Below, piece after piece: positions 27,884-37,602 of a DNA stretch of 64,000 nt (the stretch's first letter is position 1; the number at the start of each line of letters is the position of its first letter). This DNA comes from Candidatus Multivorans sp. GTDB taxonomy: Bacteria; Acidobacteriota; Thermoanaerobaculia; Multivoradales; Multivoraceae. A program made the position numbers and the translations under genes. The stretch spans positions 2,944,001 to 3,008,000 of the forward strand of contig OZ251997.1 of assembly GCA_965247095.1 (NCBI GenBank), in the 5' to 3' direction. The notes beneath the pieces are model-generated. The model was not told the origin of the DNA, searched no databases, and saw nothing but the letters and a program-made list of their open reading frames with translations.

Positions 27884-28671
27884 TGCTCGAAGAGGCGCCG
27901 GCGATGGCCATCTTCGGCGCGACATACGCGGCGGTGATCGGCCTGTGTGTCGGCAGTTTTCTGAATGTCGTCGCCCACCGCCTGCCGCGCGGGGAGTCGG
28001 TGGTCCGGCCGCGTTCCCGCTGCCTGAGCTGCAGCGGCAGGATTGCCGGCCGGGACAACCTGCCGGTTCTGAGCTTCGTGCTGCTCCGTGGCCGCTGCCG
28101 GATGTGCGGCGGGCGGATCTCGTGGCGCTACCCGGCAGTCGAGGCCACCGCCGGTCTCCTCTGGCTCATCACCTGGCTCACCTTCGGACCGACCGTGGAC
28201 GGTCTGGCGGCGGCCGTCTTCTCGAGCCTCCTGCTGGCCCTCGCGGTGATCGACGCGGCCCACTTCCTGCTCCCGGATCGACTGACGTACCTGACTCTGG
28301 GCCTCGGTCTGGCGGCGTCCTTCGGAGTCAGTTGGACGACGCCGCTCGCGTCGGTGCTTGGCGCCGCCGCCGGCGCCGCGGTGCTGCTCCTCATGATCGG
28401 CGCCTGGTACCTGCTCCGCCGCGTCCGCGGCATGGGCCTGGGTGATGTGAAGATGCTCGCCGGTGTGGGCGCCTTCCTCGGTCCTTACGGGATGTTGCTC
28501 ACGCTCTTCCTGGCCTGCCTGTTCGGCGCGGTCTTCGGGCTTCTGCTCATGGTCCGCGGGCGTCTGGGCTGGGGTTCACGCTTGCCCTTCGGAGTCTTCC
28601 TGTCGATCGGCGCGGCCGGGTCGCTGTTCTTCGGGCCGCGCCTGATCGCCGCCTACGCTTCCCTGCTGTAG
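27880..28671 (+). CDS. pilD: Prepilin peptidase
   Basis: GSFLNVV.HRLP, SRCLSC, RGRCRMC, MGLGDVKM, LPFGVFL. Confidence 0.93.
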   Translation: MMLEEAPAMAIFGATYAAVIGLCVGSFLNVVAHRLPRGESVVRPRSRCLSCSGRIAGRDNLPVLSFVLLRGRCRMCGGRISWRYPAVEATAGLLWLITWLTFGPTVDGLAAAVFSSLLLALAVIDAAHFLLPDRLTYLTLGLGLAASFGVSWTTPLASVLGAAAGAAVLLLMIGAWYLLRRVRGMGLGDVKMLAGVGAFLGPYGMLLTLFLACLFGAVFGLLLMVRGRLGWGSRLPFGVFLSIGAAGSLFFGPRLIAAYASLL

Positions 28672-28690
28672 CTGGCTGCGAGAGCCGCCC

Positions 28691-28733
28691 CTGGGAACCC
28701 GGGTGGCGCGATTCGCGGGCGTCCCGCCCGCAC
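28691..28733. repeat. Partial inverted copy of the palindromic repeat family
   Basis: ctgggaacccgggtggcgcgat is the reverse complement of 48022-48043; followed by the gcgggcgtcccgcccgc hairpin. Confidence 0.75.
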
Positions 28734-28776
28734 TTCCGCGTGCGAGATCACGGGCCCCGATTCCGTCTTGATCGGT

Positions 28777-29223
28777 ATGGAGAGTTCCCGCCGTCCCGTT
28801 ACCAGCCGGCAGAGGTGCGGCGGCTTCACCCTGGTCGAAGTGCTGGTCTCCTGCGCCTTGCTGGGCCTAGCCGCCGCGACGCTGATGTCGCTTCTGGTTC
28901 GATCCGGCCTGAACAACCTGGAAGCGCGTCGAGCCGATGCCCTGGCCGCCATGGCGCGCTCTTCCCTGGACGACCTCGGGAACGCGGACAACGTCGAGCA
29001 GGTCTGGTGTCCCTCGATCTCGGCCTGGCGAGATGACTGCGGTGCGGAGGCGCCGCAGTTCCGGCGCTCGGTGCATGCGGTACCGGTCACAGTGCCGGCC
29101 CTTGCCGGAGAGTCCGTGGAAGTGGAGGAGGTGACGGTCGAAGTGACCGCCCTGCAGGTGGGCCGCGCCGCCGGGGAGAGGACGATCCGCCTCGTCACGT
29201 TCCGCACGGCGGGGGTCCGGTGA
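28777..29223 (+). CDS. PilV-like minor pilin
   Basis: Prepilin motif G|FTLVEVLV. Confidence 0.78.
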   Translation: MESSRRPVTSRQRCGGFTLVEVLVSCALLGLAAATLMSLLVRSGLNNLEARRADALAAMARSSLDDLGNADNVEQVWCPSISAWRDDCGAEAPQFRRSVHAVPVTVPALAGESVEVEEVTVEVTALQVGRAAGERTIRLVTFRTAGVR

Positions 29224-30248
29224 AGGTCGACCGGCGCCGCTGTTTGCCCGTCGGGCGACCGGACTCCGGCGCCAGCCTGATCGAGACACTGGTCGCGTTC
29301 GGTCTGACCGTGGCGGTTTCGGCGGCCGCCCTCTCTTTGTTCGTTCTTCATCAGCGACTGGCCCGGGCTCAACTCGAGGCGGCGTCGCTCCAGCAGGCGC
29401 AGCAGGCAGTCCACCGCGAAGTGCGGCGAACACTGCGCGCCGCCGGCCGTGGCGGCCTGATCCACCAGTTGCCCGGGCAGGCGCCGCGTCCCGAACTCGC
29501 GGTCGAGGTCGAGAAGCACGTGAGCGCGGGTCACGCCGTCGGCGCCAGGACGGCGGCCGAGGCAACCGACGTTCTGGTGGTCCGCGGCGTGATCAACGGT
29601 CCGCTCTACTGGGTCGACGAGTACCGATTCGACCCGGCCGCGAGGCGCGGCTGGGTTCAGGTGCGCGCGCAGACCGCATACGGCTCCGACCACTCCCTCG
29701 AGATGCTCCGAGAGGCCGGCGATGCCGGTGACGACGCCCTGCTCCTGGTCTCCGGTGACGCGACTGGGGTTCACGCCGTGGTCCCGATCGTCGACGTGGT
29801 CTTGAGCAACCCGGGCCGGGACCGCACGTTGCGGGTCGAGTTCCATGCCGATGCCTCGCGGGGTCCGTTCGCGGCCGGCTACCTTTCGATGTCGAGCGGC
29901 GGGAGCTGGCCGGCCGGCTACATGGGCAGGGTCGACCGGGTCGGCGTGCTCGAAGAGTGGCGGTTCTACATCTCACCGCCGGACCCGGATTCGCTGCCGG
30001 GATCACAACTGGCGATGGCCCGCCTCTATCCCGGTACGGGGATTGCCTGGCGCCGTCGCAGCGTGAACCTGGCCCAGGTGATCGCGGACGACATCGCCGA
30101 CCTGGAGGTCGCGGTCGACGAGATGGGAGAAGGTCGTGGATGGAGCATCACCGTAGTCAGTACCGCCCGGGTTGGAGAACCGGCCGCGGCGGCGTTGCGG
30201 GTGCAACGGACGGCTGCCACCGTGGTTCGGATGAGGAACCTGCAGTGA
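29220..30248 (+). CDS. PilW-like minor pilin
   Basis: G|ASLIETLVAF plus hydrophobic helix; overlaps both neighbours. Confidence 0.72.
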   Translation: MKVDRRRCLPVGRPDSGASLIETLVAFGLTVAVSAAALSLFVLHQRLARAQLEAASLQQAQQAVHREVRRTLRAAGRGGLIHQLPGQAPRPELAVEVEKHVSAGHAVGARTAAEATDVLVVRGVINGPLYWVDEYRFDPAARRGWVQVRAQTAYGSDHSLEMLREAGDAGDDALLLVSGDATGVHAVVPIVDVVLSNPGRDRTLRVEFHADASRGPFAAGYLSMSSGGSWPAGYMGRVDRVGVLEEWRFYISPPDPDSLPGSQLAMARLYPGTGIAWRRRSVNLAQVIADDIADLEVAVDEMGEGRGWSITVVSTARVGEPAAAALRVQRTAATVVRMRNLQ

Positions 30249-32107
30249 GCTTGGATCCCGGGAAGCCGCCGGCTGGGGTGCGGGGCAGCTCCACAATGCG
30301 GGTGAACATGGATCCTGGCAGGCTGCCGGCTGGGGTGCGGGGCAGTTCCACCCTGCTGGTCACCTTGATCCTCCTGCTCCTGAGCGGTTCCTGCCTGGCC
30401 CTGCTGATGGCAACCCAGACGCAGATGCTGATCTCTTCCGGGCAGAAGTTGCAGGCTCGTCTGCTCGCTGCAGCGGAAGGCGGCCTGCAGCTCGCCGTGG
30501 CGCGCGGGGTCGCCGGCGCCGCCGACCCTTACACGCGTAGCCTGGGCGCCGGAGCGCCGGGCGCCGAGATCACGGTCGAAGTCACGGGCTTCGTTCCGAT
30601 GGCGGACGGCGCATGCCACCTGTGCATGGCCAACCTGGACGGCTCGTTGGGCTCGCTTGGCGGTCTGCGCCGGGTCAGCCACGTCGCCGGAGCGGCCGCC
30701 ACGGCGCCGAGCCGCTTGGATGGTCTTCCGCCTCCCAGACGGGAGCTGACCGCGGTGGTCGACCTGATGCCGTGGCCGGTCGGTGCGAGCGATGAATGGG
30801 ACCTCGCCGGAACTGCAACGGCGGCGCGAGGCCGGATCCGGGATGCCGCCCTGAGCGAGATCGGCGCCTACGATGACGATGCCCCGCTGACGGTGACGAG
30901 GATCGCCGATCCGGACACCGGCACGCCGCGGACGGTGGCGGTCGGAGGACTTGGCCGGGCCGGCCGCCTTCTCTACGCCTTTGAACTGTCGCCGGAGGTC
31001 CGACCGCTGTGGCGCTTTGCCGATAGCGCGGACGCGGATGGCAACGGCGCGCCCGACCTCGGCTACACAGTGTCGAAGCCGGCGATTGTGCCGCTGCGGC
31101 TCGGCGCCCGTGTCCGCGCGGTCGCGGTGTTCGGAGGCGGCTTCGACCCCGAGCGGTCGAGCGAGGTGGGCAACTGGCTGTACTTCGTGGGGATCGACAG
31201 CGGGCAGGTGCTGTACAAGCGGTCGCTTGATGCGCCGGTCACCGCCGCGCCTGCGGCGGTGGACACCAGGGGCGATGGACTGGCCGATCGGCTCTACGTG
31301 GGAACGACCGCGGGCAGCCTGTACCGCGTCGACCTGTCGGCCCCGGTCGAACTCGAGGCGGGCCGCGTTCCGGCCGGCGCCTGGAATCCGCGGCGGGTGT
31401 TCGACACCGGCGGCCTGCCGATTCACCATCCACCTGCGGCGATCCCGCTGCCGGCGCTTGGCGCTTACGCTCTCGCCTTGGGCGCCGGCGGCGCCGCCGA
31501 CCCTGAGGCCGGCGCCGAAGAAGCAGTGGCCGGCCGGTTCTACCTGTTCGTGGAGCGCGGCGCCGGCGGTCCCGGTTCAGCGGACCGACTTCCTCACCTC
31601 GATCTGGAGAGTCCGCCCCGGGGCGTCGATCGGTTGGCCCCGGCGCTGGCGCCGCGGGAGCAGGGATGGTCGCTGGCCCTGGGCGTGGGGGAGCGTCCGG
31701 TCTCCGCGCCGCTGGCCGCCGGCGGGCTCCTCACCTTCTTCACCCTGCGCCCGACCGGGCCGGACGGCGGAGAGATCCGCAGGTACGCGCTGCGGCTTCG
31801 CTCGGGCGACGCCGCGGGCGCCGGACCCCGTTCGCAGCTTACAGATCGCAACGCGTCGTGGCCGTCACCCGCCCTCGGGGCGCCGACCCGGATCGAGGTC
31901 GACCATCCGGGGAGTCTGGCCGCTCCGCTGCTTCAGCCTGACGAAATCGCGATTCTCGAGGGGCTCCGGGATCAGATGCCGCAGCGTTGCCGGTTCGACG
32001 GCAGCCGCATCCGGCTGACCGGGTCCGGTCCGGACGGCTCAGAGGTACGGCTGGCGGTCCTTCCGGTATGCCGGATCGACGTGGACTGGGCCGAAGGCAG
32101 GCTCTAG
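30245..32107 (+). CDS. PilX-like N-terminus fused to a PilY1-like beta-propeller
   Basis: RG|SSTLLVTLILLLL...AAEGG; then LGYTVSKP, FGGGFD, DTRGDGLADRLYVG, GW.LAL..GER. Start GTG 30245 or ATG 30308. Confidence 0.68.
   Translation: MSLDPGKPPAGVRGSSTMRVNMDPGRLPAGVRGSSTLLVTLILLLLSGSCLALLMATQTQMLISSGQKLQARLLAAAEGGLQLAVARGVAGAADPYTRSLGAGAPGAEITVEVTGFVPMADGACHLCMANLDGSLGSLGGLRRVSHVAGAAATAPSRLDGLPPPRRELTAVVDLMPWPVGASDEWDLAGTATAARGRIRDAALSEIGAYDDDAPLTVTRIADPDTGTPRTVAVGGLGRAGRLLYAFELSPEVRPLWRFADSADADGNGAPDLGYTVSKPAIVPLRLGARVRAVAVFGGGFDPERSSEVGNWLYFVGIDSGQVLYKRSLDAPVTAAPAAVDTRGDGLADRLYVGTTAGSLYRVDLSAPVELEAGRVPAGAWNPRRVFDTGGLPIHHPPAAIPLPALGAYALALGAGGAADPEAGAEEAVAGRFYLFVERGAGGPGSADRLPHLDLESPPRGVDRLAPALAPREQGWSLALGVGERPVSAPLAAGGLLTFFTLRPTGPDGGEIRRYALRLRSGDAAGAGPRSQLTDRNASWPSPALGAPTRIEVDHPGSLAAPLLQPDEIAILEGLRDQMPQRCRFDGSRIRLTGSGPDGSEVRLAVLPVCRIDVDWAEGRL
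30251..30364 (+). repeat. Imperfect tandem duplication (2 x 57 bp) of the PilX leader
   Basis: Encodes LDPGKPPAGVRGSSTMRVN / MDPGRLPAGVRGSSTLLVT. Confidence 0.85.
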
Positions 32108-32114
32108 GTGACTC

Positions 32115-33461
32115 CTACGGCTGCCGCCCCAGAACCCGTTCGACCGCCCCGGCCAGCGCCTCGTCGTCGGCTGGATCCACGGTCCGCAGATCGAGGATGA
32201 GGCGTCCTCGGCGCTGGTATCCGACCACAGGCGGCTCGCCGGTCCGAAGCCGACCGGCGGTCTCCGCGGGGGCGTCCAGCGCCAGCACCCAACCTTCGAT
32301 CGCCTCATCCGGCGCGGCGCCGCCGCCCAGGTAGGCGTCACCCCGGACAGCCTGGCCGCCCAGTCTGGCCGCCATCTGTTCGACCCGCCGGCGCGATTCC
32401 CCGGTCTCGTCCCAGAGCGCCTCGATCGGCATCCGCTGCGCCGCCAGGCGGCGCCGGAGCACTGCGTCCAGGGCGGTCAGGACCAGCCGTCCCGGTCGGA
32501 GCGCGCGGTAGAGCGGCGACTTCCGGAGTTGGTCGACGAACGATCTCCGCCCCACGATCAGTCCGGCCTGCGGTCCCCCGAGGACCTTGTCGCCGCTGCC
32601 GCAGACCAGATCGCAGCCGGCTTCGACCAGATCCCGAAAGCTCTCGTGCCGTCGCAGCGCCGGCGCCGTGTGCGACCCGATGACGCCGCTGCCCTCGTCG
32701 ACCAGGAGGGGAAGATCGTGACGGCGCGCGAAGGCGGCGAGGTCGGCTGCCGGAACCTCCTCCGCAAAGCCCCGGATACGGAAGTTGCTTGAGAACACCT
32801 TGAGGACCAGGGACGTGGCCGGACGCACGGCCCGCTCGTAGTCGGCGAGCCGGGTGCGGTTCGTGGTGCCGACCTCGACGAGCCGGGCGCCGCTCGCCTC
32901 GAGGATGTCGGGAATCCGGAACGAACCTCCGATCTCGACGAGTTCGCTCCGGGACAGAAGGACTTCGCGGCCGGAAGCCAGGGTCGTGAGCGCCAACACC
33001 AGCGCCGCCGCGTTGTTGTTGACGACCAGGGCCGCCTCGGCGCCGGTCAGGGTTTGGAGGAGGCTGTCTGTGCGGAGACTGCGGTCCGTGCGATGTCCGG
33101 TCGCGAGGTCCATCTCCAGGTCGCAGTAGGCGTCGAGCCGAGTCTTCAGGCCGTCCACGACAGGTCGGGGAAGGGGCGCCCGGCCCAGATTCGTATGAAG
33201 GAAGATGCCCGTTGCGTTCAGCACCCGGCGAAGCGGAGGCGCTTCCGCTTCAAGGGCGGCGCGGACGAGTTCGGGGATTTTGCGGATCCGGTCCTTCAGG
33301 TCGTCATCGCCGATGCCCATTCGGATTTCGCTGCGAAGCGCGTCGAGAACCCTGGCTGCTTGGACCCTCGTCGCTTGCCTTCCGTATAATCCTGTGAGTT
33401 CGGCAAGCGGGCTTTCCTGCAGTAAATGTCCCACTGCAGGTAGTCGTCGCAGTTGACTCAC
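32115..33461 (-). CDS. selA: L-seryl-tRNA(Sec) selenium transferase
   Basis: LNATGIFLHTNLGRA, VNNNAAA, ELVEIGGSFRIP, EVGTTNRT, SGDKVLGGPQAG. Confidence 0.94.
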   Translation of the reverse strand: MSQLRRLPAVGHLLQESPLAELTGLYGRQATRVQAARVLDALRSEIRMGIGDDDLKDRIRKIPELVRAALEAEAPPLRRVLNATGIFLHTNLGRAPLPRPVVDGLKTRLDAYCDLEMDLATGHRTDRSLRTDSLLQTLTGAEAALVVNNNAAALVLALTTLASGREVLLSRSELVEIGGSFRIPDILEASGARLVEVGTTNRTRLADYERAVRPATSLVLKVFSSNFRIRGFAEEVPAADLAAFARRHDLPLLVDEGSGVIGSHTAPALRRHESFRDLVEAGCDLVCGSGDKVLGGPQAGLIVGRRSFVDQLRKSPLYRALRPGRLVLTALDAVLRRRLAAQRMPIEALWDETGESRRRVEQMAARLGGQAVRGDAYLGGGAAPDEAIEGWVLALDAPAETAGRLRTGEPPVVGYQRRGRLILDLRTVDPADDEALAGAVERVLGRQP

Positions 33462-33503
33462 GTCCCGCTGATCCTATTCCTCGCAGCCACCGCCCGGAGA
33501 GCC

Positions 33504-34685
33504 ATGAACGCCAAGCAATCACTCTTCAGAACACTCTCGAGAGCGATGGCGCTCGCCCCCTGCCTGCTTCTGCTTGGCGCGGCGGCGCCGTTCGGCGTCG
33601 ATGCCGCAATCGGGGCCCAGGTCGTCGGCGCCGCGGCGCACGCGGATCCGAACCTGAAGCGGGCGATTGCCGAGCAGCGCAGGGTGGTGGAGAGTCAGAA
33701 CCGCCCGGGCGATCGCGCGACGGCCCTGAACGATCTCGCCAATCTGCTAGAGCTCCGGGGCGATGTCGCGGCGGCTTTCGAGCACTACCGGGCCGCGATC
33801 GACGCGGACGGGAACTGGGCGCCCGCGCACTACAACCTGGCCCTGCTGGCCTACACCACCGGCGACACGGAGTTGGCGTCGAGCCATCTTCAAACGGCGA
33901 TTGAGCTGGAGCCGGGAAACGCCTGGGCGCAATACCAGCTCGGCCGGGTCTTGGACGATTCGGGTGAAGCCGAGAAGGCGGTGCGGCACTATGTACGCGC
34001 CGTGAGCCTGGACTCGCACCTGGCCTTCGGCAACGTCAATCCCCACTTCGCGGTGAACCGGTACGCCACCGAGATTCTGCTGCGGGCGGACCGCAAGCGC
34101 GCCAGGGCTCTGCCGCCGAGGACCTACTCGGAGCCGGGCCGGATCAGCGGCCTGCTCGTGCCGGCGCCGACGGTGCCGGATGCGGAGTCGGCGGCAGATG
34201 AGGCAACCGAGGCAACGGAGACGGCTGAGTCGGATCACCGCCGACCCGACCGGGTGAGCGGATCCCGCGTTCCCGCGGGAACGGAGACAACAGGGTTCGA
34301 GGCTGCGGCGCCCGCCCCTGCCCCTCGCCCGCTGTCTTCGCTGGAGAATAAGAGGGCGAGTGGCCCGGCCGACCTGCCCCGCACAGCCGACAACGCCGCC
34401 GAGCAGGAGTCGCGGGTCTTCACCCGGGACGACCTTCGCCGCCGCACGCTTTCCGGCGGCGGTGTGGCCAGAGTGCCGGCGGGCAATCGGCCGCCGTCGT
34501 CGAGCCCTGCATCGGGGAGGCGCGGTGCAATTCAGGTGGGGACACCGGTTGGACCGGGCGGCAGGCAGCCGGAGCCCCAGCCTTCGTCCTTCGGCGGCTC
34601 CAGCGGCGGGCGCTTCGAGCCGAATTCCCGCAGCAGCGCTCAGCTCGAGGTGACGATTCGCCGCATCCCGGTCCCGGCGCCCTAG
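33504..34685 (+). CDS. Exported TPR protein with low-complexity C-terminal tail
   Basis: Signal peptide, TPR helices (ALNDLANLL, AHYNLALL, AQYQLGRV), Pro/Ser/Gly-rich tail. Confidence 0.75.
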   Translation: MNAKQSLFRTLSRAMALAPCLLLLGAAAPFGVDAAIGAQVVGAAAHADPNLKRAIAEQRRVVESQNRPGDRATALNDLANLLELRGDVAAAFEHYRAAIDADGNWAPAHYNLALLAYTTGDTELASSHLQTAIELEPGNAWAQYQLGRVLDDSGEAEKAVRHYVRAVSLDSHLAFGNVNPHFAVNRYATEILLRADRKRARALPPRTYSEPGRISGLLVPAPTVPDAESAADEATEATETAESDHRRPDRVSGSRVPAGTETTGFEAAAPAPAPRPLSSLENKRASGPADLPRTADNAAEQESRVFTRDDLRRRTLSGGGVARVPAGNRPPSSSPASGRRGAIQVGTPVGPGGRQPEPQPSSFGGSSGGRFEPNSRSSAQLEVTIRRIPVPAP

Positions 34686-34738
34686 CAGCGTGCGCGGCAG
34701 GAAGAATCGGCGTACCCCATGTTCTGAGGTGCACGCTC

Positions 34739-36148
34739 CTAGACGACAGGGTCGAGTTGCAGCCCGGTCAGCAGCAGGGTCGGCGCGCCCACCGCTCCGG
34801 GCACCGGCAGGAACCGGAGATCGTCGCCGACGGCCCGGATTCCCCGGAACAACTGCCGGATCGAGCCTCTGAGCCGCGCCTTCGGGATGGCGCCGAGAAT
34901 GCGGTCGTATTCCACCACGAAGCCGGTCGCATCGATCTCGAAGCTCGCTTCCCGGTGGTTGTCGGAGAGTCCGAAGGTGGCGTGGCGACGGCCGCCCGGA
35001 GCGCAGTCCAGCAAATAGCAGCCGCGTCGGATTCCACTCCGGATCGCATCCGCGGACTCCGGGCCGCGCGCGATGTAGAGATGGGAGTGGCTGATCTCGG
35101 GCGGCGACCGCCAGCCGGACCGGCGTCGACAGCCGGCGGCGGAGAAACCCGACCAACCATCGTCTTCCCAGGTCAGCAGCGGCTCACCGGGTTCCCCGTC
35201 CTTCACCAGCGCCACCGCCCGTGTGGGCACGCCCTCGTCATCGATCGTGGTCCTGATCCAGCCGGTTTCGAGGGCGCCGTCGTCCAGGATCTGCAGGTCC
35301 GGCGGTCCCAGCGAGTGCCCTGAAGTCAGGCGCTGAAGCGTCTCCCAGCCGCCGCGGTCCCTGAACAGAGGGCCGAGGAGAGCCAGCAGGCTGGAGGCGA
35401 GGGCGGGCGACACCGCGATCTCGCCGGAAGGCAGGACCGGTGCGGGTGCGGCGGTCGCGAGTGTCAGCCGGTCGGCGACCTCCGCGGCGATGGTGCGGGT
35501 ATCGAAGCTCGTCAGATCGCCGGCCGCGCGATAGAGACTGCAGGATCCGCGAGTACCGATTCGTTCGACGGCGAACTCCATCTCGAGCGTCGCGAGACGC
35601 AGCGAGGTCCGCCCGGTGACGCCGGCGCTGTTTGCGAGCACGGACGCGCTGGCGCCGTCGTCCAGTCTCGCCCGGATCAGGCGGCTGCCCGGAAGCTCGT
35701 TGCGGGTTCGCTCCAGGATGCCGCGGATGAGGTCTCGGCCGAGAGCTTCCGAGTCGTTGCCCGGCACATCCTTCTTGCCGGGGTTGGGCAGCGACGCCTT
35801 TGGCCTGTTTGGTGGCGGCAGTCTGAGCGAACCCGGCCTCAGGGAATGACTATTCAATCGGCGCCAGCCGCCGGGAGCGGGTAGCGAACCGGACTCGGCA
35901 ATGAAGAGCGCCCCGCTCGCGCCCCCGGCACGCAGGGCCCACCCTCTCTCTTCTACGTTGCCCACGTGAGAGCGCCAGTCCTCGGGAGCAGACGGCGATG
36001 CGATACTGGGCCGCCAGGGGTCGATCTCGATCCGGAGGCTGCCACCGGCCTTGACGTAGAACTCGGCGCTCGATGCGCCGGTGCGATCCGTCACCGCGGT
36101 CAGCGCGGTCCTGAGGGCCTGAATGGTCGGCAGCCGGAGTGGCTTCAA
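34739..36148 (-). CDS. TldE/PmbA family protein (divergent)
   Basis: 3' part of ORF 34739..36946: ILDDG, DDEGVPT, VGDDLRF...GAPTLL; TTG overlaps the tldD stop. Confidence 0.75.
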   Translation of the reverse strand: MKPLRLPTIQALRTALTAVTDRTGASSAEFYVKAGGSLRIEIDPWRPSIASPSAPEDWRSHVGNVEERGWALRAGGASGALFIAESGSLPAPGGWRRLNSHSLRPGSLRLPPPNRPKASLPNPGKKDVPGNDSEALGRDLIRGILERTRNELPGSRLIRARLDDGASASVLANSAGVTGRTSLRLATLEMEFAVERIGTRGSCSLYRAAGDLTSFDTRTIAAEVADRLTLATAAPAPVLPSGEIAVSPALASSLLALLGPLFRDRGGWETLQRLTSGHSLGPPDLQILDDGALETGWIRTTIDDEGVPTRAVALVKDGEPGEPLLTWEDDGWSGFSAAGCRRRSGWRSPPEISHSHLYIARGPESADAIRSGIRRGCYLLDCAPGGRRHATFGLSDNHREASFEIDATGFVVEYDRILGAIPKARLRGSIRQLFRGIRAVGDDLRFLPVPGAVGAPTLLLTGLQLDPVV

Positions 36149-37473
36149 GCCAGCCCCTCCAGGCGCACGGACGGGCTGCGGGCCCATACCGGCAGGAGAG
36201 CTCTGTCCTTCACACACCATCCGGCGCCTGCCGCCAGCGGGCGGTCTCCGACGGCTGTCACAGCGGCGAGGAGGTCGACCGTGTGCGACCGGATCTCCAC
36301 TGGTCCCACGAAGTCGACGGGACCGCTGGCGCCGATCCGCCGGGCGCCGGGCGCCCGCAGTACACAGCCGCCATCGAACGGGTTCAACGTGCCGCTCTCG
36401 AACTCGCCGATGTAGAGGCCGCCGGCGGCTTCGCGGAACAGCTCCGCTTCGGGCAGATCGCTCGGAAGCAACTCCAGGTGCGTCGTGCGCGGGCCCGGCA
36501 ACAGGTGGCGGCTGGCGCGTCGTGCGGCGCCGGGAATCAGTCGCTGGTAGCGGCCGGCCCAGGAGAGGTCGGCCAACGGCTGCCGTACACGGCCACGGCG
36601 GAGCAGCCACCGGGCGATGACGGCCGTGCCTTCGTCGTCGCTGAAACGTCCGCAACCATCCGGCGCCAAGCGGGGATCGTCGACCACGTCGAGATGGACC
36701 TCGCCCAGCTTCAGGCCGACGATGCTTTCCGGGGCGCCGGTCAGGGCCAGGGTGTCCGCTTCCAGCGCGTGGGCGACGACCTCGTGCAGCATCACCGCGG
36801 CGGCGCAGGGTCCGAGGACGATGACGCGCGGCGTACTCGGATGCTCCGGCAGGTTGCGCGACCTGAGGCGATCGACCAGGCACGTGGCGACCGGATCGAG
36901 ATCCTCGTCGGCGAGCGATGGCAGCAGACCGCCCCAGATGCCCCACGGCGTTACCACGCGCAGGCTGAAGTACTCCTCGAATTGGCTGGGAGCTGACATG
37001 TGGCCGTGAATCACCTGAACCTGCCGGCGGTGGCGTCGGACGGTGACCTCCATCGGGAAGCCCACCCGGCGCCGATTGACCGCCCGTTCGAGTTGGCGCT
37101 CAGCCCGCTCGATCTCGGCAAGACGGAGTGGCAGCCAGCGACTGACCTTGATTCTCGGAGGTGGCCCGATCGAACCGGCCGTGCCGGATACGCGGTCGCA
37201 GCAGGAGGCGAAGGCGGGCCCTGAGATCGCGTCGGCAGAGGCCAGACGACTGCTGCCCGCCTCGATTCTGCGCACGGAGAGGCCCTGCTCCCGCCGCAGG
37301 CGGAGGCGGTCGTGTTTGCCTCCGGGAAGCAACTCGACCGTCTCCAGACGTTCGAAGAACGCCTCCGTGCGTTGACCCCGGTGCTCGATCAGCTTGGCCA
37401 GGGCATCGGTCAGTGCGGGGACGTCCGAAGCCAGCAGCTCGTTCGGCCGTTGGGCGGTGGCCGTCGTCTCCAT
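36145..37473 (-). CDS. tldD: TldD family metalloprotease
   Basis: HEVVAHALEAD (HExxxH), DDEG, GWCVKD..LPV..RSP. Confidence 0.82.
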   Translation of the reverse strand: METTATAQRPNELLASDVPALTDALAKLIEHRGQRTEAFFERLETVELLPGGKHDRLRLRREQGLSVRRIEAGSSRLASADAISGPAFASCCDRVSGTAGSIGPPPRIKVSRWLPLRLAEIERAERQLERAVNRRRVGFPMEVTVRRHRRQVQVIHGHMSAPSQFEEYFSLRVVTPWGIWGGLLPSLADEDLDPVATCLVDRLRSRNLPEHPSTPRVIVLGPCAAAVMLHEVVAHALEADTLALTGAPESIVGLKLGEVHLDVVDDPRLAPDGCGRFSDDEGTAVIARWLLRRGRVRQPLADLSWAGRYQRLIPGAARRASRHLLPGPRTTHLELLPSDLPEAELFREAAGGLYIGEFESGTLNPFDGGCVLRAPGARRIGASGPVDFVGPVEIRSHTVDLLAAVTAVGDRPLAAGAGWCVKDRALLPVWARSPSVRLEGLA

Positions 37474-37602
37474 GGATGTGATTCTAGAGGGGGAAAACAC
37501 CGGGTGCGCCGGCGTCCCCGCCCGCTGCCGTCGTAGGCGGCTGGAAGACGCCTGCCGCAGGCCGGCGCGTTCTCCTCGGCCTGTGGTAAGAAAGCTGCTC
37601 GC

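Noticed and set aside
34682-34742. CTAG-flanked intergenic hairpin between the TPR gene and tldE
   Set aside because: No clear similarity to the repeat family; the CTAGs are just the two TAG stops. This also cautions against over-reading CTAG ends.
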